59,978 nt of DNA from a virus (Duplodnaviria > Caudoviricetes). The stretch spans positions 1-59,978 of the IMG/VR virus record IMGVR_UViG_3300034101_003213. One strand, written 5' to 3'. Made by a program: the position numbers and the translations under genes. Each line of letters opens with the position of its first letter. Positions within the stretch are counted from its first letter, which is position 1. The notes beneath the pieces were generated by a model that was not told the origin of the DNA, ran no database searches, and worked only from the letters and a program-made list of their open reading frames with translations. Of this stretch, positions 1-10,267 are shown in pieces.

Positions 1-215
1 AGGACCTTGGGCACCAGTGGCTCCTGTGGCTCCAGTGTTTCCTTGAGGACCTTGGGCACCAGTGGCTCCTGTGGCTCCAGTGTTTCCTTGAGGACCTTGG
101 GCACCAGTGGCTCCTGTGGCTCCAGTGTTTCCTTGAGGACCTTGGGCACCAGTGGCTCCTGTGGCTCCAGTGTTTCCTTGAGGACCTTGGGCACCAGTGG
201 CTCCTGTGGCTCCAG
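1..215. repeat. 45-bp tandem repeat encoding collagen unit [15 protein letters not shown]
   Basis: AGGACCTTGGGCACCAGTGGCTCCTGTGGCTCCAGTGTTTCCTTG starts at 1, 46, 91 and 136 (perfect) and 181 (partial); degenerate copies continue to ~360. Confidence 0.95.
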
Positions 216-1311
216 TGGCTCCAGTGTTTCCTTGGATGCCTTGAGCACCAGTGGCTCCGGTGTTTCCCTGAATGCCTTGGATGCCTTGGGGACCAGTTGC
301 ACCAGTTGCTCCTGTGTTTCCTTGGATTCCTTGGGGACCAGTGGCTCCTGTGTTTCCTTTTTCAGCAGTCAAAGATGTTACAGTAAATTTCAAAAATTCA
401 ACAGTTATACTATTTGTGGCAGTTTTGTTTTGAACAATAAAAAAGACTCTATCGCCATATGCAAGATCTAATATTGTTTGAATTACAGAAGAAACAGGTT
501 GAGCAGATGGATTTGCAGAGTTAGCATAAATTTCACTTTCACTAATTCTATCTGCATTTGGATCAAGGGTGGAACCTGCAACTGAATTTTTTCCAACATA
601 AAATCCACAAACATCTTGGCTTCCACTGTAAAAGTTAAAGTTTGCAATGATGTGGAATCGTCCACCAGACCCATCATATTTCAATGCATTTTTTGAACCA
701 TCTTTGGAAAAATTAAATAGTGTTCCAGTCTGTGCTGTTCCCCCAACTATTGCTCTTCCATTTATAGATGGTATAATTGTTGCTGTGGTATTTCCTTTCA
801 AATACATCACACCCACATCATTATTGCCAGGTGCACCAGATCCAGAAGGGCCTTGGGGGCCAGTTGGTCCGGTGGGCCCAATTGATCCCATCCCACTAGT
901 TGATGTTATAGTTAGTCCTTTTGGTCCTAAAGTTAAATTAATATTATTTCCAGCATACAGAGTAACACCACCAGTAAGACCATTAAGAGTTGCTACATAA
1001 TTTCCAGTAATCCCAGATACACCACCAGATATTGATTTCCAAACAAATCCGGTTCCGGTTTGTTGTCTTATGTAAAGAACATCATTTTCATCAAACCAAA
1101 ATTGATTTTCTTCTGGTTGTAGTGGTGCTTCGGCGTTTTGATATGGCTCAGTTAGTTGGGTTAGTTTCCAACTTTTGGGAGACTGAAAAGGAGAACTTTG
1201 AGTAACTTCAAGACACTCATAAACCTTTCCCTGAAATATCACAACATCACCTATGGCATAGGTATATGGTGTACCAGAGGCGTTTCTAAACTTAAACTTA
1301 CCCTTAAACAT
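1..1311 (-). CDS. Collagen-like (Gly-X-Y) virion fibre protein, 3' end outside window
   Basis: Hand translation gives an open frame from ATG at 1311 to the window edge: [24 protein letters not shown] (CBM5/12-like), [13 protein letters not shown] fibre motif, short GPT collagen, C1q/BclA-like beta domain ([13 protein letters not shown]), then long GNT/GAT/GPQ collagen. TATAAATA lies upstream. Not in the ORF track because there is no stop in the window. Confidence 0.9.
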   Translation of the reverse strand, partial: MFKGKFKFRNASGTPYTYAIGDVVIFQGKVYECLEVTQSSPFQSPKSWKLTQLTEPYQNAEAPLQPEENQFWFDENDVLYIRQQTGTGFVWKSISGGVSGITGNYVATLNGLTGGVTLYAGNNINLTLGPKGLTITSTSGMGSIGPTGPTGPQGPSGSGAPGNNDVGVMYLKGNTTATIIPSINGRAIVGGTAQTGTLFNFSKDGSKNALKYDGSGGRFHIIANFNFYSGSQDVCGFYVGKNSVAGSTLDPNADRISESEIYANSANPSAQPVSSVIQTILDLAYGDRVFFIVQNKTATNSITVEFLKFTVTSLTAEKGNTGATGPQGIQGNTGATGATGPQGIQGIQGNTGATGAQGIQGNTGATGATGATGAQGPQGNTGATGATGAQGPQGNTGATGATGAQGPQGNTGATGATGAQGPQGNTGATGATGAQGP

Positions 1312-1318
1312 TCACAAA

Positions 1319-1326
1319 TATTTATA
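1319..1326 (-). promoter_or_regulatory. T4-type late promoter TATAAATA
   Basis: Perfect gp55 box 7 nt before the collagen ATG. Confidence 0.75.
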
Positions 1327-3043
1327 CTTGTGACTTGATCCGGGAAAAGTTATTTTTCTTCTCAAATTGTAGTTGTTGATCAAATTTATCAGTCAAAGCA
1401 TCTGCTTTATGGCTAATTATGTAAATTGAACATTTATTCTTCATTTTGTTCAATAACTTCAAGAAAGCCTCAGTACCAGCTCCGTCCAAAGATGAATCCA
1501 ATATCTCATCAAAGATGAGAAGATTGCAGTTCAAACTGTTCTTCATTTTGGCAATCTCTCTCCATGTCAAGAGAATGGCCAAATCGATACGCTGTTTCTC
1601 TCCCTCAGAGAAAGAGGAATATGAGAATGCATCTCTATATCTTGACTTAATTGTTTCCTTGAACTCCTCATCGATGTTGAAGTCAACATAGAGGTTAAGT
1701 TTTCCGAGAAACTTGTTGACGAGTCCATTGATGATGGGAACATAATGTTTGATAATCCGGCTCTTAAGTCCACCATCTTTGAGCATATCATAGACAACAT
1801 CGTAGTGAATTTGGTCATTAATTGATTTTTGTAGATCTGATGCATGTTTATTCTTTTCTGCAACTGCCTCTTCGATCTTAGTATTGATTTCAGATTCACT
1901 TGAAGTTTTCTTTATTTTTGCAATTTTTTGATTTAAGGATAAAACTTCGTTATTGAACCCATTTTTACGGGTTACGGCTTGAGCCTGCATAACCGTTTTT
2001 TCCATTATCTGATTATTTAAATCTTCAACTTGAGTTTTTAAAATTTCAAGTTCTTTCAATTTTTTATCTGCAACTTGTAAAGATTTCTTACAACTTGCTA
2101 ATTTTTCTCTTTTTTCCTCCAAGTGCTTCTGTCGAGAATCTTCCGGTAGTGTTTGACCGCAGCAAGTGCACTTTGGATCTGTCTCCAAGGTCTTTATTTG
2201 CTCTATAAGCGTCTCTTGCAGTTCCAATGCCTTGGAGTGCATTGTTGGAACGCTGGCCAAGGAAGCCATTTTAGAGGCTTCCTGCTTCTTTAAAGATTCA
2301 ATCTCACTAATTTCTTTTACAATTTTTCTAATAAAAGACTCTTCAGAAACAATAGAATCTTTAATTTTTTGTAATTGTTCTTCGTACTCAGCAAGCTCTA
2401 AATTTTTATTATTATCTATTTGAGTTTTGAGTTCATTTAAAGACTTGACTTTTTCATGTCCAATTTTAAGAAAACTTTCTTGCTCTTTAATGTTTCCTTT
2501 AATACGAAGAAGTTCACTCTTGACATGTATATTCATGTCTGCCAAGATATCAAGGTCAAGTAGACCTTCAATAATCTTTCTTCGCTCTGCTGGAGAAAGT
2601 TGCATGAATGGCACAAAGTTTGACTTGCCAAGAATTACAACTTGTTTGAAAGCTTCAAAGTTAAATCCAAGTATTTGTTCTTCAAAGTAATCTTGTGAGT
2701 CTTTGGCTTTGGCGTGCTGATCCAGCATCTCACCATCTTTGTAAATCTCAAAAGTCTTGGGTGCCAAAGTACGACGAACTAGATACTTTGAATTTGATCT
2801 GACAAATTCCACTTCAACAACGCAGTTCTTTCCATTGACTGAATTTACAAGTTGTGGGAGATTAATCGATCTGAATGGCTTACCAAATAAACCGAAGCAC
2901 AATGAATCAAGAAGAGCAAATGATTTACCATGGCCATTGGTGCCGGTTACCAAAGTGGTCTTATTGTTATTGAGTATTATTTCAGAAAAATTATTTCCGA
3001 ATGATCCAAAATTTTTAAATCGAACACGCTGAAACTCAATCAT
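1322..3043 (-). CDS. gp46: Recombination endonuclease subunit (Rad50/SbcC-like)
   Basis: Walker A GTNGHGKS, coiled coil with CxxC hook (CTCC), FSEGEKQRIDLA signature, LIFDE Walker B; adjacent to gp47. Confidence 0.95.
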   Translation of the reverse strand: MIEFQRVRFKNFGSFGNNFSEIILNNNKTTLVTGTNGHGKSFALLDSLCFGLFGKPFRSINLPQLVNSVNGKNCVVEVEFVRSNSKYLVRRTLAPKTFEIYKDGEMLDQHAKAKDSQDYFEEQILGFNFEAFKQVVILGKSNFVPFMQLSPAERRKIIEGLLDLDILADMNIHVKSELLRIKGNIKEQESFLKIGHEKVKSLNELKTQIDNNKNLELAEYEEQLQKIKDSIVSEESFIRKIVKEISEIESLKKQEASKMASLASVPTMHSKALELQETLIEQIKTLETDPKCTCCGQTLPEDSRQKHLEEKREKLASCKKSLQVADKKLKELEILKTQVEDLNNQIMEKTVMQAQAVTRKNGFNNEVLSLNQKIAKIKKTSSESEINTKIEEAVAEKNKHASDLQKSINDQIHYDVVYDMLKDGGLKSRIIKHYVPIINGLVNKFLGKLNLYVDFNIDEEFKETIKSRYRDAFSYSSFSEGEKQRIDLAILLTWREIAKMKNSLNCNLLIFDEILDSSLDGAGTEAFLKLLNKMKNKCSIYIISHKADALTDKFDQQLQFEKKNNFSRIKSQV

Positions 3044-4086
3044 TCTTCTTCCTTAGACAGTGCACTATTATAAGCTGTGTTTATAATGTCTGCAAGTTGC
3101 TTTTTGTCAATGGACTTTTCTGTGATTGTATTAATTTCTTCGTGCAGCAGCTGTAGAGTATCTTTATGAATATCAACAGCAATGGTCTCTGGGTTTGTAG
3201 AAACCTCTTCTGCTACGGCTAATTCAGCAACACCAGCCTCATAAAACTTATCAAGATACTTTTCAAACATTGCTTGTTTGGTTTTCTTTTTAATAAAAAT
3301 TTTTACATAGCAATCTTTGTAAGAAATATAATCTAATATTTCTTTCTTATCTTCGTCATAATCCAAAGTGTAAAATAGTTTTTTAGGATTCTCTACAAAT
3401 TCTAGATTTCTCTCTTGGAAATCAAATACATGAAATCCCTTCTTTTCCCATACATCAGAAAAACTCATTTGGTATTGGGTTCCCAAATAGTGAATGCTAT
3501 CTCTACTGGACTTAATGTGATAATGTCCTGTTAGGACATACTCAAACTTATCAAAATGTTTTGATTCATATCCTTGATCGATAAACACACCACGAATGCT
3601 TTGAAAGCCACATAGTTCTAAGTGACCCAACAAAACCGTGCAAGATGTCTCAGAAAGAAACTTGGCGGCTGCTTCTTCGTTCTCTGGGTTTATCCACGGG
3701 AGTAACGCGACACAACCGCTGGAAAGATGAATCTCGGTGGGCTCTGAATATACTGACCAATTCGGATAATGTCCAGCGAGTTCTTGCAAGGAATTGATGG
3801 CATTGGTATTTCGATAATAGATATCGTGGTTTCCACAGATGATGTGTACTTTAATGCCCATTTCTTGTAGTGGCTCAAAAAACTCTTTTTGAACTCTATG
3901 CAGCGTTTTAAAATTGACATACTTTCTTCGGTCAAACAAATCCCCCAAATGAAAGATTGTTTTGATGTTGTGTTCCTTGAGGTAAGGAAACAATTGCTCT
4001 TTAAAGAAAGATAAAAAATAATCCATGACAATGCATGAATCATTTTTATATCCAAAATGCGTGTCGTTGAGAATTACTGCTTTCAT
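3040..4086 (-). CDS. gp47: Recombination endonuclease subunit (Mre11/SbcD-like)
   Basis: Phosphoesterase motifs DTHFG, GDLFDRRK, GNHD, GHYH. Confidence 0.95.
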   Translation of the reverse strand: MKAVILNDTHFGYKNDSCIVMDYFLSFFKEQLFPYLKEHNIKTIFHLGDLFDRRKYVNFKTLHRVQKEFFEPLQEMGIKVHIICGNHDIYYRNTNAINSLQELAGHYPNWSVYSEPTEIHLSSGCVALLPWINPENEEAAAKFLSETSCTVLLGHLELCGFQSIRGVFIDQGYESKHFDKFEYVLTGHYHIKSSRDSIHYLGTQYQMSFSDVWEKKGFHVFDFQERNLEFVENPKKLFYTLDYDEDKKEILDYISYKDCYVKIFIKKKTKQAMFEKYLDKFYEAGVAELAVAEEVSTNPETIAVDIHKDTLQLLHEEINTITEKSIDKKQLADIINTAYNSALSKEEE

Positions 4087-4649
4087 ACATCAAATGGTGA
4101 TTTAGTCTTGCGCTTCTTTCTTTTCTTTTTCTTTGGGGCGCACATCTCGTCAAATCTTTCCATATCCAAATCTGTAAGACCAAAGAAGTCTCTTCTTCCA
4201 ATGTCAACACCAGCATAAGTTTCATTAAACCAGTTATGGAAGTCTTTATCGTTCTGCTGTTCTGCAAATTTATATTGAATATACTTTTCTTTCTTTTCTT
4301 TGTTTATGATACGCACAAAAGAAAACCAGCATATTTGGGTTAGATAACCAAATGGGCTGGTTGATTTTTTTGGATCAAAGTTATCAATATAAGTTACGCA
4401 GTTTAATACAGCATCCGATACCATTTCTTCCCTATATGGATAGTTGGCAAAGTTTGGTCTATAAGATAATCTGGTTGCTATCTTTAGAATGCATTCACCA
4501 ATATAATCGGGAAGTTTGGGTTGCTTTCTTCCTGAATTTTCTGCGTCCCTGCACTTCTTTCGATATTCAACCAAAGAGTCATACAGTTGCTGATTGTCTA
4601 CATAATCAGCATCTGATGGTTTGAGTTTTTTCTTCTTTGGCTTTTTCAC
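4083..4649 (-). CDS. gp55: Late-transcription sigma factor
   Basis: YVDNQQLY..IGECILKIATRLSYRPNFANYPYREEMVSDA..NFDPKKSTSPFGYLTQI; upstream of 47/46 as in T4. Confidence 0.95.
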   Translation of the reverse strand: MKKPKKKKLKPSDADYVDNQQLYDSLVEYRKKCRDAENSGRKQPKLPDYIGECILKIATRLSYRPNFANYPYREEMVSDAVLNCVTYIDNFDPKKSTSPFGYLTQICWFSFVRIINKEKKEKYIQYKFAEQQNDKDFHNWFNETYAGVDIGRRDFFGLTDLDMERFDEMCAPKKKKRKKRKTKSPFDV

Positions 4650-4655
4650 GGTATT

Positions 4656-4683
4656 ACTATAACTCAGATTTCAACTAAATCAA
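4656..4683 (-). promoter_or_regulatory. Sigma70-like promoter for gp55
   Basis: TTGATT-N16-TATAGT, 6 nt before the GTG start. Confidence 0.55.
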
Positions 4684-5668
4684 CTTTTTTGTTACTAAGT
4701 CTTACACTCCAGTAATCAACCATCTCTTCCATCATTTGATTAAATGATATCTTTGGTTTCCAATTTAACTCTTTTCTTGCCTTAGAAGAATCACCGCGCA
4801 AATAATGTAATTCTTCAGGTCTGTAATACTTTTCATCACTGAAAACATATTTGTTTTGATCTAAGCCTGCATAGTTGAAAACATAGGAAACCATTTCTCT
4901 GACAGACCTGGTTTCACCTGTGGCAATTACATAACTTTGTGGAGTTTGTTGCTGCAACATTAACCACATAGCTTCAACATAGTCCTTAGCGTGGCCCCAA
5001 TCACGATAAGAATCTAAATTGCCCAATGTCAGTCTATCAGCCAACCCCATTTTAATCTTGGCTACCTGCAACGCTACTTTATTTGTTACAAAGTTAATTC
5101 CTCTTCTTGGAGATTCGTGATTAAATAAAATTCCAGAGCAAGCAAAAATACCATATGCTTGACTATAGTTTCTGCATAATGTGTGGGCATACAACTTAGC
5201 ACAGCCATAGGGGCTTACTGGAATCATCGGGGTTGTTTCACGCTGATAACCGTCTGAGTCTTTTGAGTTGCCAAACATCTCGGATGTTGCAGCGTGATAA
5301 ATCTTAGAATGTGGTGAAAATCTTCTTACAGCCTCTAACACTGCTAGAGTCCCACCACCATTTACATCCAAAGTATATTGCGGAAGATCAAATGAAATTT
5401 GAACATGAGACTGTGCAGCAAGATGATAAACTTCATCTGGTTGAAGTTTTTGAATTGTGCTTTCTATGCTCAAAGCATCAGTCAAATCCGCATAGTGGAG
5501 AGTAATTAAATTTTTATCATGTAAATGTTGTATGCGGGTTGTTTGTGATTCTGGTACTGAATTTCTTCTTATTGTACCATGAACTGTGTATTGTTTTTCT
5601 AAAAGAAACTCTGCAAGATATGAAGCATCTTGCCCATTTGCGCCAATTATTAATGCAACTTTATTCAT
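4664..5668 (-). CDS. gmd: GDP-mannose 4,6-dehydratase
   Basis: GANGQDASYL, HLAAQSHV..SF, SPYGCAK, LFNHESPRRG, RDWGHAKDYV. Confidence 0.95.
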   Translation of the reverse strand: MNKVALIIGANGQDASYLAEFLLEKQYTVHGTIRRNSVPESQTTRIQHLHDKNLITLHYADLTDALSIESTIQKLQPDEVYHLAAQSHVQISFDLPQYTLDVNGGGTLAVLEAVRRFSPHSKIYHAATSEMFGNSKDSDGYQRETTPMIPVSPYGCAKLYAHTLCRNYSQAYGIFACSGILFNHESPRRGINFVTNKVALQVAKIKMGLADRLTLGNLDSYRDWGHAKDYVEAMWLMLQQQTPQSYVIATGETRSVREMVSYVFNYAGLDQNKYVFSDEKYYRPEELHYLRGDSSKARKELNWKPKISFNQMMEEMVDYWSVRLSNKKVDLVEI

Positions 5669-5674
5669 AATTTA

Positions 5675-5702
5675 ACTATACACAACAATAAGTATTAATC
5701 AA
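5675..5702 (-). promoter_or_regulatory. Sigma70-like promoter for gmd
   Basis: TTGATT-N16-TATAGT, 6 nt before ATG; same layout as the gp55 promoter. Confidence 0.55.
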
Positions 5703-6325
5703 CTATTTTTTAAATAGAAAGCATCACCCCACGGATGATCTTCCCAAAGTTTTTTTTCTTTTCTAGAAAAATTGTAGTTAGAAAGAAATGAATCTATCTC
5801 GTTTAAAAGTCCGCAATCTTTGTACACTTCCTTCTCATTGATCTCCAAATAAATTGAGTTTACAATTGGTAGATGTTTTACAAATCCCTTTAAAGCCAAA
5901 AGTTCAGCTCCTTGAATATCAATGTTTACAAAATCTATTTCATTTAAAAATTTTGTTTCTTGTAAAAGAGTATCTAAAGTTTTAGTTTTTCTAACTTCTC
6001 TTCTAACATAAAAAATGTCAGGAAATAGAGATCTATGTTCTGCTAAATCTAGAATAGATGATGATTGATCTGAGTTTGCTATGTTAAAAACTACTTCATC
6101 ATCGTCCTTATCTGAAATAACTTCGTTGCTCAAATAATGTTGAGGGCCAGTAAGAATGTTTTTTAAATTTTCAAAAAGATTTACATTTGCTTCAACCCAA
6201 TGAATTTTATTAGCACCACAATCAATGTACGATTGTGATTCTTGGCCTTGATGTGCTCCGATATGGAGTATATTTTCAGTTTTAATATTGTATTTATTTT
6301 TTAGTTCAGATAATTCTATTAACAT
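5699..6325 (-). CDS. FkbM-family SAM methyltransferase
   Basis: HIGAHQGQE, WVEAN, TLD, NIDIQGAELLALKG, WGDAFY; start moved to MLIELS. Confidence 0.88.
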   Translation of the reverse strand: MLIELSELKNKYNIKTENILHIGAHQGQESQSYIDCGANKIHWVEANVNLFENLKNILTGPQHYLSNEVISDKDDDEVVFNIANSDQSSSILDLAEHRSLFPDIFYVRREVRKTKTLDTLLQETKFLNEIDFVNIDIQGAELLALKGFVKHLPIVNSIYLEINEKEVYKDCGLLNEIDSFLSNYNFSRKEKKLWEDHPWGDAFYLKNS

Positions 6326-7002
6326 GATATTCCATTCCAATTGTTATATACAAAAATATCGCCGTGCCAATCTAAATAATTTTTTGGATAAAAAACATTT
6401 GATTTTTGGGATAAAAATCCAATCCACCAACTAAAAGTTCCTCCAGACAAAATAATATTTTCAAAATCTTTTGCAAATAAAATTGTATTCTCTGGTGTGT
6501 TTTCGTACATAGATAAATTATACTTTTGACAAAGATGATATATCATGGGGTGGTGAAGAGTATCTGAAGATACATATCCAAATTTTGGATTTAATTTATT
6601 CAAACACATTTCATAATATGGTATACCAGGATTTTTGGATGCAGCATCATCTAATCTAACATGCACAAAGACACCTTCTTTTTTATTATCATTTAAATTT
6701 AAGAAATGATTTTGTATTTCATTTTTAAAATTAGTTACAAAAAATTTTGTTTGAAAATATGTAGAAGATTCTAATCCGCAGTGCATTTCCTTTTTTTGTA
6801 AAATTTCATCTACATTATCATCTGTAATTGTAATGTAATTATCATTAATTACTCTGCTACCTTGATATAAATTTAATTTGATTTTATCATAATTTTTTTT
6901 ATAATTTTGAACATATAAGTCGTGTTTTTTAGCTAAAATGCTACAACCAATATCTTGAAGTAAATTATTACCTAACCGACCATAGTGATTTATTTTTATC
7001 AT
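6319..7002 (-). CDS. Alpha-1,2-fucosyltransferase-like (GT11)
   Basis: GRLGNNLLQ, YFQ, VHVRLDD, GTFSWWIGFL. Confidence 0.8.
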   Translation of the reverse strand: MIKINHYGRLGNNLLQDIGCSILAKKHDLYVQNYKKNYDKIKLNLYQGSRVINDNYITITDDNVDEILQKKEMHCGLESSTYFQTKFFVTNFKNEIQNHFLNLNDNKKEGVFVHVRLDDAASKNPGIPYYEMCLNKLNPKFGYVSSDTLHHPMIYHLCQKYNLSMYENTPENTILFAKDFENIILSGGTFSWWIGFLSQKSNVFYPKNYLDWHGDIFVYNNWNGISC

Positions 7003-7895
7003 ACAATGTTATTCAAAATGTATTTTGCCATTTGTTCAGTTGTACAAGTGTTTTTACAATAATTTAAAATAGCTTGCAATAGAGTTTTATATTTTTGTTC
7101 ATCAAAAACCATATCATTTATTTCTATAGATGGAATTAAATTCTTAGATAAACTAACACCAGGTAAATTTTTTGCTTCTATTAATAACTCTTTTGGCAAA
7201 AATGTTAATGTATTTTTTGGGCAACTTTCAATATCTGTAAAATACGGCATGCAGTTGTTAAATATAATTTCATAATGCCGCATGCAATCCCATCCACCTT
7301 TTTTATGTGTTATTGCGTAATATGAATTTTGATAATCTTTATAATAATCTTCTTCTTTATTAAAGATATAAGTTTCTTGATATCCGGGAACAACTGTGGC
7401 ATTTGTCTTTGTTTTATTGTAAACTGTACAAATTTTTTCTTTGGGAAAAGAAAATCCTATTGGTTTCATATTTTCATGTTGTCTGTAATCTAATTCTCTT
7501 TTAAAGTAACTGGCTCGCCAAGTAATGTGAGGTGCCATGTGGTGAACTTGGTGCTGGTCTTCTCCGTCTAAGAATATACATTTACTTCCAGAATCAATAG
7601 CAGAATAAAAATATGATAAATTTCTATGAATTGATCCCCATATGATTAAATCAAAATGCCTGTCATTTATTTTTTTAAAAATATAATTTCTATCAACATC
7701 AATATCTTCTAGCGTTCTAAAAATTGTAAAACCTCGGCCCCATGTTTTCATTTCTGATTCTGGAAAAGAATTAGAATACATGTAATCCATTTTGGGACAA
7801 TCTACAACATCAGTTCCATACAATGATCTGAGCCCATGAAATAGAGTGTCTGCCAAATAATCTGGAGATCCAGAATTCACATAAAGTATTTTCAT
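6999..7895 (-). CDS. Putative glycosyltransferase (exostosin/GT-B-like)
   Basis: DGED, FKRE and KKGGWDCMRHYEI motifs; lies inside the glycan island. Confidence 0.55.
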   Translation of the reverse strand: MKILYVNSGSPDYLADTLFHGLRSLYGTDVVDCPKMDYMYSNSFPESEMKTWGRGFTIFRTLEDIDVDRNYIFKKINDRHFDLIIWGSIHRNLSYFYSAIDSGSKCIFLDGEDQHQVHHMAPHITWRASYFKRELDYRQHENMKPIGFSFPKEKICTVYNKTKTNATVVPGYQETYIFNKEEDYYKDYQNSYYAITHKKGGWDCMRHYEIIFNNCMPYFTDIESCPKNTLTFLPKELLIEAKNLPGVSLSKNLIPSIEINDMVFDEQKYKTLLQAILNYCKNTCTTEQMAKYILNNIV

Positions 7896-8479
7896 TGTTT
7901 TTCTAAAATTGTCAAACCACTAGAAAAAGGATATACAAACTTTTTTGTCCATTGTGGATTTTGTTCTAGGAACTCATCGATTGCTGGATTTATTCCTTTT
8001 AGGTTTGTGTTTAAAGCATCGTCTTCAAAATCTTGACCATAGGTTCCAAATAATTCTGTGTCGTGAAAAACTAAGTATTTTTTTACCTTTGATGCGTGTC
8101 TCTCCAACTCACCTTTAACTTGGTTATATTCATGATATGTATCTAGAAACAGCAAATCAGTTTCTTCAATATCACAATCAAGTGTACTGGCTTCAATAAA
8201 TTTATAGTCAATATTGTTTGCTTTAGCCAAATCATATACCTCTTGGATATTTTGATTATGTTTCATTGGATTGACCAAATCAACTGAGACCATTTTTTTA
8301 GGACAGCCATACAAAAAAGCCCACGTGCTCACAATCGTCCTTACACCAAATTCAGTTACCGAATCACATTTTGATGATAAAAATGCTAGAATAGGTAAAT
8401 GCTCAAAAATGTCTGAACGATTATATACTTTATTTAAAAATTTATATTGTAATTCGATTGAAGGTATTCTATCTGTCAT
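7892..8479 (-). CDS. Class I SAM methyltransferase (Methyltransf_24-like)
   Basis: EFGVR..ST, DLLFLDTYHEY, VFHDT; ATGA overlap with the upstream gene. Confidence 0.8.
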   Translation of the reverse strand: MTDRIPSIELQYKFLNKVYNRSDIFEHLPILAFLSSKCDSVTEFGVRTIVSTWAFLYGCPKKMVSVDLVNPMKHNQNIQEVYDLAKANNIDYKFIEASTLDCDIEETDLLFLDTYHEYNQVKGELERHASKVKKYLVFHDTELFGTYGQDFEDDALNTNLKGINPAIDEFLEQNPQWTKKFVYPFSSGLTILEKQ

Positions 8480-9468
8480 TTGTTTGTCTTCCAAAAATTG
8501 TAAATTCCTTTTTCAAGTTCGTAGTTTTCCCACTCTTTTCTTTTTCTGATTGGTTGAGTCTGTGCCCAATTCCACATTGCTTGTAACCCATCTTTTAAAG
8601 ATGTTGGAGCATTGAAGTTTAAAGCTTTCTTTATTTTATCATGTGTGACCCACGCTTGTTTTACTTCATGCCTTTCTTCAAGATGAACGATTGGATAATT
8701 ACCAACTATATCAGTAAGAGTTTTTGCTGCATCATTTATTGTAATATGATCGTCACCACCCATATTAAATATTTCTTTTGAGCAAACTGGATTGACTGCC
8801 GCTTCCCATAAATAGGGCAAACAATCATCAATATAACTGAATGCTCTTTCTTGGTTGCCATCACCATAAATGGTTATGGGAATATCATTCAAAATATTAT
8901 ACATCCATATTCCTAAAACGTTTCTATATTTATCCCAAATATTTTGTTTTATTCCATATACATTGTGTGGTCTGATTATACACCAATCCAAACCATGTTG
9001 TTCTCCTGCGATTTGTAGATCCATTTCACAACCGTATTTTGCTATACCATATGGATCAATGGGGTTTGGAATATAGTCCTCCCTAAATGGTGCTACGGCT
9101 CTACCATAAACCGCCATGGACGATGTAAATACAAATCTTTTGACATCGTGTTTTATTGATTCATTAATCAATCTTGTTGTAGCAATCAAATTATTTTCAT
9201 AATTAAATTGTCTTATGAATGGACTTAAACCCTCTGCTGCATATGCGGCAAAGTGAAACACGTACTCTGGTTTGTGGTGTTCAAATACTTCATTCAATCT
9301 AGGTGCGTGTGCCAAATTTAAATTATAAAATTTTATTTGAGGGTTTACATTTTCTATGTAACCTCCGCTCAAATCATCAATACCAATAATGTAATGTTTA
9401 TTAGAAAGATAATCAGCTAAACGCGAACCAAGTAAACCAGCAACTCCAGTTATTAAAATTTTACTCAT
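8476..9468 (-). CDS. NAD-dependent nucleotide-sugar epimerase/dehydratase (extended SDR)
   Basis: TGVAGLLG, TSSMAVYG, YGIAK (YxxxK), RPHNVYG. Confidence 0.92.
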   Translation of the reverse strand: MSKILITGVAGLLGSRLADYLSNKHYIIGIDDLSGGYIENVNPQIKFYNLNLAHAPRLNEVFEHHKPEYVFHFAAYAAEGLSPFIRQFNYENNLIATTRLINESIKHDVKRFVFTSSMAVYGRAVAPFREDYIPNPIDPYGIAKYGCEMDLQIAGEQHGLDWCIIRPHNVYGIKQNIWDKYRNVLGIWMYNILNDIPITIYGDGNQERAFSYIDDCLPYLWEAAVNPVCSKEIFNMGGDDHITINDAAKTLTDIVGNYPIVHLEERHEVKQAWVTHDKIKKALNFNAPTSLKDGLQAMWNWAQTQPIRKRKEWENYELEKGIYNFWKTNK

Positions 9469-9469
9469 A

Positions 9470-10267
9470 TTAATTCCTCACAAGGTGTATATATTTATCA
9501 ATGTTTTCAAGAAGGTATTTTGGATATGTATCGTCTAAAGATACAACTTTTGCTGTCATTTTTCTAAAGAAGAGATCTTGTGTGTTGCAATCCATATTTT
9601 TATCCAAAGCATTTCTTACTTCATCAGTATTATACTCTTGATGTGCGTATGCATCAAGTTTTTCTAATATTTTTTCTTTACCACCAATAAAACTAAAATG
9701 CCAACCACCATCGGAAACATCGATGGAATATGGAAGCATCTGATCTCTGTTTCTAATAGAATTGACTTTTAAAAACTTAAATATTTCATAAGTACAAAGT
9801 CTTGTTCCATTCCATTTTTTTGTTCCAAAATAATCCTCTTCAATTAGATTGTTTATATAGTAATAATAAAAATTTTGTTTGAACACATATATCTTTTGTG
9901 GGTTCATATCTGACAAAACTTCTTTTACTTTTATTGGATTTGGTATTTCGTCTAAATCACTTATTAGGATCACATCATTATTAGAACAATTTTCTAAAGG
10001 ACGCAATATTGCATTTTTTTGAAATATTTCTCTTGAAGCGGTGTCATAGTCCTCTGGAGAATCCGAAACTATTGAGTAAATAATTTTGTCTTTAAATTTA
10101 CTAAATCTATCAATGTGTTTTTGAAAATGCAGTTCTTTGGGTTTGCCCGTAAATGTGTGAGTGCACTCTGATATTACGAAGTAATCAACAACATCGTTAA
10201 GTGTATTAAGTCTTATTTCTAATAAATCTAATTCATTAAAAAATGGAAAACAATCATATACCTTCAT
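9470..10267 (-). CDS. GT17-family GlcNAc-transferase-like
   Basis: YDCFPFFNELDLLEIRL, SDLDEIP, GGWHFSF, AHQE. Confidence 0.88.
   Translation of the reverse strand: MKVYDCFPFFNELDLLEIRLNTLNDVVDYFVISECTHTFTGKPKELHFQKHIDRFSKFKDKIIYSIVSDSPEDYDTASREIFQKNAILRPLENCSNNDVILISDLDEIPNPIKVKEVLSDMNPQKIYVFKQNFYYYYINNLIEEDYFGTKKWNGTRLCTYEIFKFLKVNSIRNRDQMLPYSIDVSDGGWHFSFIGGKEKILEKLDAYAHQEYNTDEVRNALDKNMDCNTQDLFFRKMTAKVVSLDDTYPKYLLENIDKYIHLVRN

Noticed and set aside
1-215. 45-bp repeats as a CRISPR array
   Set aside because: Head-to-tail copies with no spacers; length is a multiple of 3 and encodes Gly-X-Y on minus.
7-1000. ORF-track calls 7..471(+), 483..677(-) and 647..1000(+)
   Set aside because: Shadow frames of the collagen gene at 1..1311(-).
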